From contig NC_087245.1 of the NCBI RefSeq assembly GCF_037042905.1, positions 5,458,001 through 5,522,000 of the forward strand: a stretch of 64,000 bases of DNA, written 5' to 3'. Below, piece by piece: positions 24,401 through 36,800 of this stretch; within the stretch, counting starts at the first letter, position 1, and every line of letters begins with the position of its first letter. This stretch comes from Lytechinus pictus. Taxonomy: Eukaryota. The notes under the pieces were generated by a model. That model saw only the letters and a list, made by a program, of their open reading frames with translations, was not told the origin of the DNA and did not search any database. Position numbers and translations under genes: made by a program.

Positions 24401-27400
24401 GGGGTTTCCCTTCTTTCAATTTGTAAAGAAAAACAAGGGGCTAGTGCCTTCGTTTAAGTAGCCCACACTCATATACATTCCTATATATTCCACGCTTTTA
24501 TATATATTGAGGAATAAATTTGAACTAAAAGTCCTCTTTATAAAATACAATTGGAAGAATTGCTCCTGAAATTTATTTTGGGTGTGTGTATAGGGGGGTT
24601 TCCCTTCTTTCAATTTGTAAAGAAACACAACGGGCTAGTGCTTTAATTTTAGTAGCCCACACCCCTATATACTCTATGTTTTGTCGTATATTGAGGAGTA
24701 AATTTCAACAAAAAGTCCTCTTTATAAAATACAATTGGAAGATTGCTCCTGAAATATATTTTGGGTGTGTGTAGGGGGGTTTCCCTTCTTTCAATTTGAA
24801 AAGAAAAACAACGGGCTAGTGCTTTAGTGTTAGTAGCCCACACCCCTATATACTCTATGTTTTTTCGTATATTGAGGAGTAAATTTGAACTAAAAGTCCT
24901 CTTTATTAAATACAATTGGAAAATTGCTCCTGAAATGTATTTTGGGTGTGTGGAGGGGGGTTTCCCTTCTTTCAATTTGTAAAGAAAAACAAGGGGCTAG
25001 TGCCTTAGTTTTTGTAGCCCACACTCATATACATTCCTATATATTCCACGTTTTTATATATATTGAGGAGTAAATTTGAACTAAAAGTCCTCTTTATAAA
25101 ATACAATTGGAAGATTGCTCCTGAAATATATTTTGGGTGTGTGGAGGGGGGTTTCCCTTCTTTCAATTTGTAAAGAAAAACAAGGGGCTAGTGCCTTCGT
25201 TTAAGTAGCCCACACTCATATACATTCCTATATATTCCACGCTTTTATATATATTGAGGAATAAATTTGAACTAAAAGTCCTCTTTATAAAATACAATTG
25301 GAAGATTGCTCCTGAAATTTATTTTGGGTGTGTGTAGGGGGGTTTCCCTTCTTTCAATTTGTAAAGAAACACAACGGGCTAGTGCTTTAATTTTAGTAGC
25401 CCACACCCCTATATACTCTATGTTTTGTCGTATATTGAGGAGTAAATTTCAACAAAAAGTCCTCTTTATAAAATACAATTGGAAGATTGCTCCTCAAATA
25501 TATTTTGGGTGTGTGTAGGGGGGTTTCCCTTCTTTCAATTTGTAAAGAAAAACAACGGGCTAGTGCTTTAGTGTTAGTAGCCCACACCCCTATATACTCT
25601 ATGTTTTTTCGTATATTGAGGAGTAAATTTGAACTAAAAGTCCTCTTTATTAAATACAATTGGAAGATTGCTCCTGAAATATATTTTGGGTGTGTAGAGG
25701 GGGGTTTCCCTTCTTTCAATTTGTAAAGAAAAACAAGGGGCTAGTGCCTTCGTTTTAGTAGCCCACACTCATATACATTCCTATATATTCCACGTTTTTA
25801 TATATTCGAGGAGTAAATTTGAACTAAAAGACCTCTTTATAAAATACAATTGGAAGATTGCTCCTGAAATTTATTTTGGGTGTGTGTAGGGGGGTTTCCC
25901 TTCTTTCAATTTGTAAAGAAAAACAACGGGCTAGTGCTTTAGTTTTAGTAGCCCACACCCCTATATACTCTATGTTTTTTCGTATATTGAGGAGTAAATT
26001 TGAACTAAAAGTCCTCTTTATAAAATACAATTGGAAGATTGCTCCTGAAATGTATTTTGGGTGTGTGGAGGGGGGTTTCCCTTCTTTCAATTTGTAAAGA
26101 AAAACAAGGGGCTAGTGCCTTAGTTTTTGTAGCCCACACTCATATACATTCCTATATATTCCACGTTTTTATATATATTGAGGAGTAAATTTGAACTAAA
26201 AGTCCTCTTTATAAAATACAATTGGAAGATTGCTCCTGAAATATATTTTGGGTGTGTGGAGGGGGGTTTCCCTTCTTTCAATTTGTATAAAGAAAAACAA
26301 CGGGCTGGTGCTTTAGTTTTAGTAGCCCACACCCCTATATACTCTAGGTTTTTTCGTGTATTGAGGAGTAAATTTCAACTAAACGTCCTCTCTATACAAC
26401 ACAATTGGAAGATTGCTCCTGAAATATATTTTTGGTGTGTAGAGGGGGGTTTCCCTTCTTTCAATTTGTAAAGAAAAACAAGGGGCTAGTGCCTTCGTTT
26501 AAGTAGCCCACACTCATATACATTCCTATATATTCCACGCTTTTATATATATTGAGGAATAAATTTGAACTAAAAGTCCTCTTTATAAAATACAATTGGA
26601 AGAATTGCTCCTGAAATTTATTTTGGGTGTGTGTATAGGGGGGTTTCCCTTCTTTCAATTTGTAAAGAAACACAACGGGCTAGTGCTTTAATTTTAGTAG
26701 CCCACACCCCTATATACTCTATGTTTTGTCGTATATTGAGGAGTAAATTTCAACAAAAAGTCCTCTTTATAAAATACAATTGGAAGATTGCTCCTGAAAT
26801 ATATTTTGGGTGTGTGTAGGGGGGTTTCCCTTCTTTCAATTTGAAAAGAAAAACAACGGGCTAGTGCTTTAGTGTTAGTAGCCCACACCCCTATATACTC
26901 TATGTTTTTTCGTATATTGAGGAGTAAATTTGAACTAAAAGTCCTCTTTATTAAATACAATTGGAAAATTGCTCCTGAAATGTATTTTGGGTGTGTGGAG
27001 GGGGGTTTCCCTTCTTTCAATTTGTAAAGAAAAACAAGGGGCTAGTGCCTTAGTTTTTGTAGCCCACACTCATATACATTCCTATATATTCCACGTTTTT
27101 ATATATATTGAGGAGTAAATTTGAACTAAAAGTCCTCTTTATAAAATACAATTGGAAGATTGCTCCTGAAATATATTTTGGGTGTGTGGAGGGGGGTTTC
27201 CCTTCTTTCAATTTGTAAAGAAAAACAAGGGGCTAGTGCCTTCGTTTAAGTAGCCCACACTCATATACATTCCTATATATTCCACGCTTTTATATATATT
27301 GAGGAATAAATTTGAACTAAAAGTCCTCTTTATAAAATACAATTGGAAGATTGCTCCTGAAATTTATTTTGGGTGTGTGTAGGGGGGTTTCCCTTCTTTC

Positions 27401-30268
27401 AATTTGTAAAGAAACACAACGGGCTAGTGCTTTAATTTTAGTAGCCCACACCCCTATATACTCTATGTTTTGTCGTATATTGAGGAGTAAATTTCAACAA
27501 AAAGTCCTCTTTATAAAATACAATTGGAAGATTGCTCCTCAAATATATTTTGGGTGTGTGTAGGGGGGTTTCCCTTCTTTCAATTTGTAAAGAAAAACAA
27601 CGGGCTAGTGCTTTAGTGTTAGTAGCCCACACCCCTATATACTCTATGTTTTTTCGTATATTGAGGAGTAAATTTGAACTAAAAGTCCTCTTTATTAAAT
27701 ACAATTGGAAGATTGCTCCTGAAATATATTTTGGGTGTGTAGAGGGGGGTTTCCCTTCTTTCAATTTGTAAAGAAAAACAAGGGGCTAGTGCCTTCGTTT
27801 TAGTAGCCCACACTCATATACATTCCTATATATTCCACGTTTTTATATATTCGAGGAGTAAATTTGAACTAAAAGACCTCTTTATAAAATACAATTGGAA
27901 GATTGCTCCTGAAATTTATTTTGGGTGTGTGTAGGGGGGTTTCCCTTCTTTCAATTTGTAAAGAAAAACAACGGGCTAGTGCTTTAGTTTTAGTAGCCCA
28001 CACCCCTATATACTCTATGTTTTTTCGTATATTGAGGAGTAAATTTCAACTAAAAGTCCTCTTTATAAAATACAATTGGAAGATTGCTCCTGAAATATAT
28101 TTTGGGTGTGTGTAGGGGGGTTTCCCTTCTTTCAATTTGTAAAGAAAAACAAGGGGCTAGTGCCTTCGTTTAAGTAGCCCACACTCATATACATTCCTAT
28201 ATATTCCACGCTTTTATATATATTGAGGAATAAATTTGAACTAAAAGTCCTCTTTATAAAATACAATTGGAAGATTGCTCCTGAAATTTATTTTGGGTGT
28301 GTGTATAGGGGGGTTTCCCTTCTTTCAATTTGTAAAGAAACACAACGGGCTAGTGCTTTAATTTTAGTAGCCCACACCCCTATATACTCTATGTTTTGTC
28401 GTATATTGAGGAGTAAATTTCAACAAAAAGTCCTCTTTATAAAATACAATTGGAAGATTGCTCCTGAAATATATTTTGGGTGTGTGTAGGGGGGTTTCCC
28501 TTCTTTCAATTTGAAAAGAAAAACAACCGGCTAGTGCTTTAGTGTTAGTAGCCCACACCCCTATATACTCTATGTTTTTTCGTATATTGAGTAGTAAATT
28601 TGAACTAAAAGTCCTCTTTATTAAATACAATTGGAAAATTGCTCCTGAAATGTATTTTGGGTGTGTGGAGGGGGGTTTCCCTTCTTTCAATTTGTAAAGA
28701 AAAACAAGGGGCTAGTGCCTTAGTTTTTGTAGCCCACACTCATATACATTCCTATATATTCCACGTTTTTATATATATTGAGGAGTAAATTTGAACTAAA
28801 AGTCCTCTTTATAAAATACAATTGGAAGATTGCTCCTGAAATATATTTTGGGTGTGTGGAGGGGGGTTTCCCTTCTTTCAATTTGTATAAAGAAAAACAA
28901 CGGGCTGGTGCTTTAGTTTTAGTAGCCCACACCCCTATATACTCTAGGTTTTTTCGTGTATTGAGGAGTAAAATTCAACTAAACGTCCTCTCTATACAAC
29001 ACAATTGGAAGATTGCTCCTGAAATATATTTTTGGTGTGTAGAGGGGGGTTTCCCTTCTTTCAATTTGTAAAGAAAAACAAGGGGCTAGTGCCTTCGTTT
29101 AAGTAGCCCACACTCATATACATTCCTATATATTCCACGCTTTTATATATATTGAGGAATAAATTTGAACTAAAAGTCCTCTTTATAAAATACAATTGGA
29201 AGAATTGATCCTGAAATTTATTTTGGGTGTGTGTATAGGGGGGTTTCCCTTCTTTCAATTTGTAAAGAAACACAACGGGCTAGTGCTTTAATTTTAGTAG
29301 CCCACACCCCTATATACTCTATGTTTTGTCGTATATTGAGGAGTAAATTTCAACAAAAAGTCCTCTTTATAAAATACAATTGGAAGATTGCTCCTGAAAT
29401 ATATTTTGGGTGTGTGTAGGGGGGTTTCCCTTCTTTCAATTTGAAAAGAAAAACAACGGGCTAGTGCTTTAGTGTTAGTAGCCCACACCCCTATATACTC
29501 TATGTTTTTTCGTATATTGAGGAGTAAATTTGAACTAAAAGTCCTCTTTATTAAATACAATTGGAAAATTGCTCCTGAAATGTATTTTGGGTGTGTGGAG
29601 GGGGGTTTCCCTTCTTTCAATTTGTAAAGAAAAACAAAGGGCTAGTGCCTTAGTTTTTGTAGCCCACACTCATATACATTCATATATATTCCACGTTTTT
29701 ATATATATTGAGGAGTAAATTTGAACTAAAAGTCCTCTTTATAAAATACAATTGGAAGATTGCTCCTGAAATATATTTTGGGTTTGTGGAGGGGGGTTTC
29801 CCTTCTTTCAATTTGTAAAGAAAAACAAGGGGCTAGTGCCTTCGTTTAAGTAGCCCACACTCATATACATTCCTATATATTCCACGTTTTTATATATATT
29901 GAGGAGTAAATTTGAACTAAAAGTCCTCTTTATAAAATACAATTGGAAGATTGCTCCTGAAATATATTTTGGGTGTGTGGAGGGGGGTTTCCCTTCTTTC
30001 AATTTGTAAAGAAACACAACGGGCTAGTGCTTTAATTTTAGTAGCCCACACCCCTATATACTCTATGTTTTGTCGTATATTGAGGAGTAAATTTCAACAA
30101 AAAGTCCTCTTTATAAAATACAATTGGAAGATTGCTCCTGAAATATATTTTGGGTGTGTGTAGGGGGGTTTCCCTTCTTTCAATTTGTAAAGAAAAACAA
30201 CGGGCTAGTGCTTTAGTGTTAGTAGCCCTTACCCCTATATACTCCAGTTTTAAGAATATTGAGGAGTA
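21427..30268 (+). repeat. Satellite array 1: ~47 monomers of type A (~181-184 bp) and type B (~190-193 bp) in higher-order repeats
   Basis: Diagnostic variants recur at 2600/2045-bp steps and at a 4645-bp period (e.g. ORF-track pairs 22706/27351, 23578/28223, 24416/29061). Confidence 0.97.
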
Positions 30269-31059
30269 TGTAAAAAAAAATTTCCTGATAAATGAAGAGA
30301 GCGATCGTATTTTTGAAGGGGGTGACCCTTTTTATTCAATTTTACAGTGCGTATCAATAAAAACGGGACAGTTATGAAACGTCGATCAAAATACCCTTTT
30401 GAATTATGATGTCTATATTTTGATGTTCATAGATGCTCTGAAATCTTATCGATCAAATTCAATATTTTTTTTTTAATTTGTTCATGCTTGAGTGCACACG
30501 AGATGGTTTTGTCGGGGGTTCAAATATAGGACTGCGCTAAGTGGTCGGAAATGAAGTGTATGGTTATAAGACTTCTTGCCAATCAGCAGATTATTTTTGC
30601 CATAGTTTTCATATTTTGGTCGCAAATGTCACGTACAAAGCTGTATATTTACTTTACTTTTTCATTTTAATAAATTATTTTTTTAGCAATGAACATTCTT
30701 TAATACTAACATTTTTTGTCAATCAAGAATGATCCAATTTGTAATTAGGAATTTGAGAGCTTGTAATCAATTCAAACCATTTTATTTTATGCAACAAGCA
30801 GATAAATCCTTTTCTGTTAGAATTGATAATTTAATATCCTATCTAACACACAATTATATATTTTTTTTTAACCCACCATGGGCATTTATTATATACATAA
30901 TTGAACATTCAAAATCACATCACATGTTTACATATTTCTTTTTCAAACAAATATTCCAAATTTAGTTCTCGACAATCTTTTCCTGTTTTGTTTCTTATAA
31001 GTATACATTTATAAATGCACCAAAAAGCAATTAATAATTGCTTTTTGGTGCATTTATAA

Positions 31060-32176
31060 TGATTTGAATAAAGTACAGCAAATTCACCCTATTAACAACT
31101 AACAATTAGGGGTTTGGTGAATGATAACATCTGTTCTCGTTGTGAAGTAGAGGAAGATATTCATTACGCTTTCATTTCTTGTGATTTGAACAAACCATTC
31201 TTTGAATTTTTGAAAAAAATAATCCAGCAAATATTTCATAAAGATTTAGAAATCAATCATTAAAATTTTGTTTAAACATGAAGAAGACGAAAAATTAGTT
31301 TTACTTCTGACTATCGCACTTTGTTGCATTCACAAAGTCATCGTTTTAAGAAACATGAGTGGAAACGAAAAGAGAGGCAATCCCAGAAGGAAAAACCAGT
31401 ACGGCTGGACCAGTTACACCAGTAAAATTTAATTGGTAACTCTGGAAATTGGAACAAAATATACTTGTCTGCTATAAGCTGGACCAGTAATTTTTTGATG
31501 GTCAAATTTAACTGGACCAGTATAATTTTAACTGGACCAGTAACAAATATACTGGTCAAACTAACTGGACCAGTAATAATTTTACTGGTCCAATTGAACT
31601 GGACCAGTACAAATTGTGGTGGACCAGTAATTTTACTGGTCAAATTATACTGGACCAGTACAATTTTTGCTGGACCAGTAATAATTTTACTGGTCAAATT
31701 AAACTGGACCAGTACAATTTTTGCTGGACCAGTAATAATTTTACTGGTCAAATTAAACTGGGCCAGTACAATTTTTGCTGGACCAGTAATAAATTACTGG
31801 TCAAATTAAACTGGACCAGTACAATTTTGGCTGGACCAGTAATAATTTTACTGGTCAAATTAAACTGGATCTGAAATTCATATTTTTAAGAGAAATAGAA
31901 AGAAGAATAGAAATGAAACCTCGGTACAGGAAAATATATGTTCATCTACCCAAAGAAATTATGGAATATATTTGAAACACTGTGAATTTCATGTTTCCAT
32001 TTAATGTTTTTTTAAATTTATGTTAAAGATTACGTAAGATTATTGCACAATTACATTATTATGTAAATTTTTGTTTTAATTTCTGAAATTTCCTGTAATG
32101 TCATGTATGCTCATTTTCATAATGTGTTATGTTGTTTTGTTGTAAATAAAATCCTCTAATTGAGGCCAAAAAAAAA
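31060..32176 (+). mobile_element. 5'-truncated L1/Tx1-type LINE 3' end
   Basis: GLVNDNICSRCEVEEDIHYAFISC resembles the ORF2 C-terminal zinc knuckle; the frame resumes after the insert (LKFIFLREIERRIEMK...EYI*); AATAAA ~32145 and A-tail ~32168-32176. Confidence 0.7.
31382..31868 (+). mobile_element. EnSpm/CACTA-like deletion derivative made of ~54-bp CTGGACCAGT repeats
   Basis: AT|CCCAGAAGGAAAAA ... CTGG|AT; 2-bp duplication; removing it restores the LINE frame RGN-LKF. Confidence 0.65.
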
Positions 32177-32689
32177 TGCAATTAGGCATTTCTTGGGTTG
32201 ACTTTTATTAATTATTAAATATGCAATCCTAAAAAATAACTTTTTTTTTAAGTAACTAAATAAGTTTGTGAGTTAATTTTGAAACATAATTTTAAAAACA
32301 ATGGCAAAGATAATGAAAATGTTAAGTGGAAGTTTACTGCTTAGCAGGAAGTCTAATGACCATATATTTTGTTTCCTCTCATTTCTGCACAAACCTATTT
32401 TTGAACCCTTGACAAATCTCGTGTTTGTTCAAGCATGAACAAAATTCATTTCTCAAAATTGCATTTAAAATATAAGGTTTCAGAGCATCTATAAACATCA
32501 AAATATAGACATCATAATTTGAAAAGAATTTTTGATCGACTTTTCAAAACTGTCCAGTTTTTATTGATACGCACTGTATTGATAGAATGAAGGGGCTTGT
32601 CCTTTGATAAGGTTCACTGGCCCTCTCTTATTATTTGCGCCCTTTTAAAAAGTATTTCTTTTTTACTATTGAGGGGTGAATAAAAATGA

Positions 32690-33310
32690 AAGTATTCTTG
32701 ACTGAAAAGCAAAAGTGAAGATTGCCCCTGAAAAAAATTTCGGGTGTTTGTGGAGGGGAGTTTTCCTTCTGTCAATTCGTTTATAAAGGGGGGGGGGGGG
32801 GGTTAGTGCCTACATTTCAGTAGCCCACACTCCTATATATTATTTATATCCTTTTTTTGTCCTTATTTTAGTGTTGACAGTAATTGGGGATTAAATAAAA
32901 TTAAAAAACCTCCTGATAGCAAACGGAAATATAGCTCCTAAAAGACCATTCGGTTGTTTGTAGGAAGTTTATTAAACCTCATTTCAATTTTTGGATACTA
33001 AGAAGGGCTAGGGCTGATTTTTTTTAGTTGCCCGCACTCCTATAATATACTCGATGTTTTAAAAATATTGAGAATTATATAATGGAAAAAGATTGCCTGT
33101 TGAAAGCAAATAGAAAGATTGCTCCTGGTAGAGCTTTCAGTTGTTTGTAGGGGGTTTCACATATTTGCAATCTAGGGTTACAAACAAGGGGCTAGTCCTA
33201 AAGTAAAAAAAAAATAGTGATCCCACCCTCCTGGGAAGATTGATCCATAAAGAAATTTCTGGTATGTGGAGCGAGTTCCCTAATTCCTTCAATACGTTTA
33301 TATTAACAAG
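32690..33310 (+). repeat. Three to four highly decayed satellite monomers
   Basis: GATTGCCCCTGAAA..GGGTGTTTGTGGAGGGG, GTAGCCCACACTCCTATATA, GATTGCTCCTG..GTAGGGGGTTTC, AACAAGGGGCTAGT and GGAAGATTGATCC match monomer landmarks. Confidence 0.8.
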
Positions 33311-33654
33311 TGGCAAGTGCGCGTACACACACACACACAAACACACAAACACACACCATCACACTGACACACCCTCACACGGACATATATACATATATAT
33401 ATATATTCATATTTTTTATTTATAACTTCGAGGAAATTGAAAAAAAAAATGGTTGGAATTTATGAGGGCTCCAGCCCACAAAAGCCCTCCCCCTCTCCAT
33501 CTGTACGCCAGTGTTGATAACAAAAGAGAGTCAGAATAACAGCTATAGAAACAAGTGACCAAGCGAGAAAATTTCTTGGGTATTGAAAGTTATTTTGCAT
33601 TATACACCACTTAAATAGCCTATACAGTGCGAATTATATTTTTGTTTCACAATG

Positions 33655-33810
33655 CTCTTTTTCGCGTATTATCTTACTTCAAAACAAAACAAAGTGGGGT
33701 TAATGGGGGAGAAGGCTGTAGCCCCCTTAACCCTATCTAGCCTCTCTTTTTCGCGTATTATCTTACTTTCAAACAAAACAAAGTGGGGTTTAATGGGGGA
33801 GAAGGCTGTA
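33655..33810 (+). repeat. ~88-bp direct duplication at the inner edge of array 2
   Basis: TTTTCGCGTATTATCTTACTT..AAACAAAACAAAGTGGGGTT.AATGGGGGAGAAGGCTGTA occurs twice. Confidence 0.9.
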
Positions 33811-33814
33811 TGGT

Positions 33815-36800
33815 AATAAAAGTAAAGCACTAACCATTTGTTTTTCTTTACAAATTGAAAGAAGGGAAACCCCCTACACACACCCAAAATATATTTCAGG
33901 AGCAATCTTCCAATTGTATTTTATAAAGAGGACTTTTAGTTGAAATTTACTCCTCAATATACGAAAAAACATAGAGTATATAGGGGTGTGGGCTACTAAA
34001 ACTAAAGCACTAGCCCGTTGTTTTTCTTTACAAATTGAAAGAAGGGAAACCCCCCTACACACACCCAAAATATATTTCAGGAGCAATCTTCCAATTGTAT
34101 TTTATAAAGAGGACTTTTAGTTGAAATTTACTCCTCAATATACGAAAAAACATAGAGTATATAGGGGTGTGGGCTACTAAAACTAAAGCACTAGCCCGTT
34201 GTTTTTCTTTACAAATTGAAAGTAGGGAAACCCCCCTACACACACCCAAAATATATTTCAGGAGCAATCTTCCAATTGTATTTAATAAAGAGGACTTTTA
34301 GTTGAAATTTACTCCTCAATATACGAAAAAACATAGAGTATATAGGGGTGTGGGCTACTAAAACTAAAGCACTAGCCCGTTGTTTTTCTTTACAAATTGA
34401 AAGAAGGGAAACCCCCCTACACACACCCAAAATATATTTCAGGAGCAATCTTCCAATTGTATTTTATAAAGAGGACTTTTAGTTGAAATTTACTCCTCAA
34501 TATACGAAAAAACATAGAGTATATAGGGGTGTGGGCTACTAAAACTAATGCACTAGCCCGTTGTTTTTCTTTACAAATTGAAAGAAGGGAAACCCCCCTA
34601 CACACACCCAAAATATATTTCAGGAGCAATCTTCCAATTGTATTTTATAAAGAGGACTTTTAGTTGAAATTTACTCCTCAATATACGAAAAAACATAGAG
34701 TATATAGGGGTGTGGGCTACTAAAACTAAAGCACTAGCCCGTTGTTTTTCTTTACAAATTGAAAGAAGGGAAACCCCCCTACACACACCCAAAATATATT
34801 TCAGGAGCAATCTTCCAATTGTATTTTATAAAGAGGACTTTTAGTTGAAATTTACTCCTCAATATACGAAAAAACATAGAGTATATAGGGGTGTGGGCTA
34901 CTAAAACTAAAGCACTAGCCCGTTGTTTTTCTTTACAAATTGAAAGAAGGGAAACCCCCCTACACACACCCAAAATATATTTCAGGAGCAATCTTCCAAT
35001 TGTATTTTATAAAGAGGACTTTTAGTTGAAATTTACTCCTCAATATACGAAAAAACATAGAGTATATAGGGGTGTGGGCTACTAAAACTAAAGCACTAGC
35101 CCGTTGTTTTTCTTTACAAATTGAAAGAAGGGAAACCCCCCTACACACACCCAAAATATATTTCAGGAGCAATCTTCCAATTGTATTTTATAAAGAGGAC
35201 TTTTAGTTGAAATTTACTCCTCAATATACGAAAAAACATAGAGTATATAGGGGTGTGGGCTACTAAAACTAAAGCACTAGCCCGTTGTTTTTCTTTACAA
35301 ATTGAAAGAAGGGAAACCCCCCTACACACACCCAAAATATATTTCAGGAGCAATCTTCCAATTGTATTTTATAAAGAGGACTTTTAGTTGAAATTTACTC
35401 CTCAATATACGAAAAAACATAGAGTATATAGGGGTGTGGGCTACTAAAACTAAAGCACTAGCCCGTTGTTTTTCTTTACAAATTGAAAGAAGGGAAACCC
35501 CCCTACACACACCCAAAATATATTTCAGGAGCAATCTTCCAATTGTATTTTATAAAGAGGACTTTTAGTTGAAATTTACTCCTCAATATACGAAAAAACA
35601 TAGAGTATATAGGGGTGTGGGCTACTAAAACTAAAGCACTAGCCCGTTGTTTTTCTTTACAAATTGAAAGAAGGGAAACCCCCCTACACACACCCAAAAT
35701 ATATTTCAGGAGCAATCTTCCAATTGTATTTTATAAAGAGGACTTTTAGTTGAAATTTACTCCTCAATATACGAAAAAACATAGAGTATATAGGGGTGTG
35801 GGCTACTAAAACTAAAGCACTAGCCCGTTGTTTTTCTTTACAAATTGAAAGAAGGGAAATCCCCCTACACACACCCAAAATATATTTCAGGAGCAATCTT
35901 CCAATTGTATTTTATAAAGAGGACTTTTAGTTGAAATTTACTCCTCAATATACGAAAAAACATAGAGTATATAGGGGTGTGGGCTACTAAAACTAAAGCA
36001 CTAGCCCGTTGTTTTTCTTTACAAATTGAAAGAAGGGAAACCCCCCTACACACACCCAAAATATATTTCAGGAGCAATCTTCCAATTGTATTTTATAAAG
36101 AGGACTTTTAGTTGAAATTTACTCCTCAATATACGAAAAAACATAGAGTATATAGGGGTGTGGGCTACTAAAACTAAAGCACTAGCCCGTTGTTTTTCTT
36201 TACAAATTGAAAGAAGGGAAACCCCCCTACACACACCCAAAATATATTTCAGGAGCAATCTTCCAATTGTATTTTATAAAGAGGACTTTTAGTTGAAATT
36301 TACTCCTCAATATACGAAAAAACATAGAGTATATAGGGGTGTGGGCTACTAAAACTAAAGCACTAGCCCGTTGTTTTTCTTTACAAATTGAAAGAAGGGA
36401 AACCCCCCTACACACACCCAAAATATATTTCAGGAGCAATCTTCCAATTGTATTTTATAAAGAGGACTTTTAGTTGAAATTTACTCCTCAATATACGAAA
36501 AAACATAGAGTATATAGGGGTGTGGGCTACTAAAACTAAAGCACTAGCCCGTTGTTTTTCTTTACAAATTGAAAGAAGGGAAACCCCCCTACACACACCC
36601 AAAATATATTTCAGGAGCAATCTTCCAATTGTATTTTATAAAGAGGACTTTTAGTTGAAATTTACTCCTCAATATACGAAAAAACATAGAGTATATAGGG
36701 GTGTGGGCTACTAAAACTAAAGCACTAGCCCGTTGTTTTTCTTTACAAATTGAAAGAAGGGAAACCCCCCTACACACACCCAAAATATATTTCAGGAGCA

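Larger units (their letters stand above)
30345..32576. mobile_element. Tc1/mariner MITE hosting nested insertions
   Basis: TA|CAGTGCGTATCAATAAAAAC.GGACAG ... CTGTCCAGTTTTTATTGATACGCACTG|TA, with long subterminal inverted similarity. Confidence 0.9.

Noticed and set aside
21427..30268. CRISPR-like repeat-spacer array
   Set aside because: Whole monomers are homologous with no unique spacers; eukaryotic context and no cas genes.
31338..31874. Repetitive ORFs (TGPVIILLVKLNW)
   Set aside because: Translations of the ~54-bp tandem repeat.
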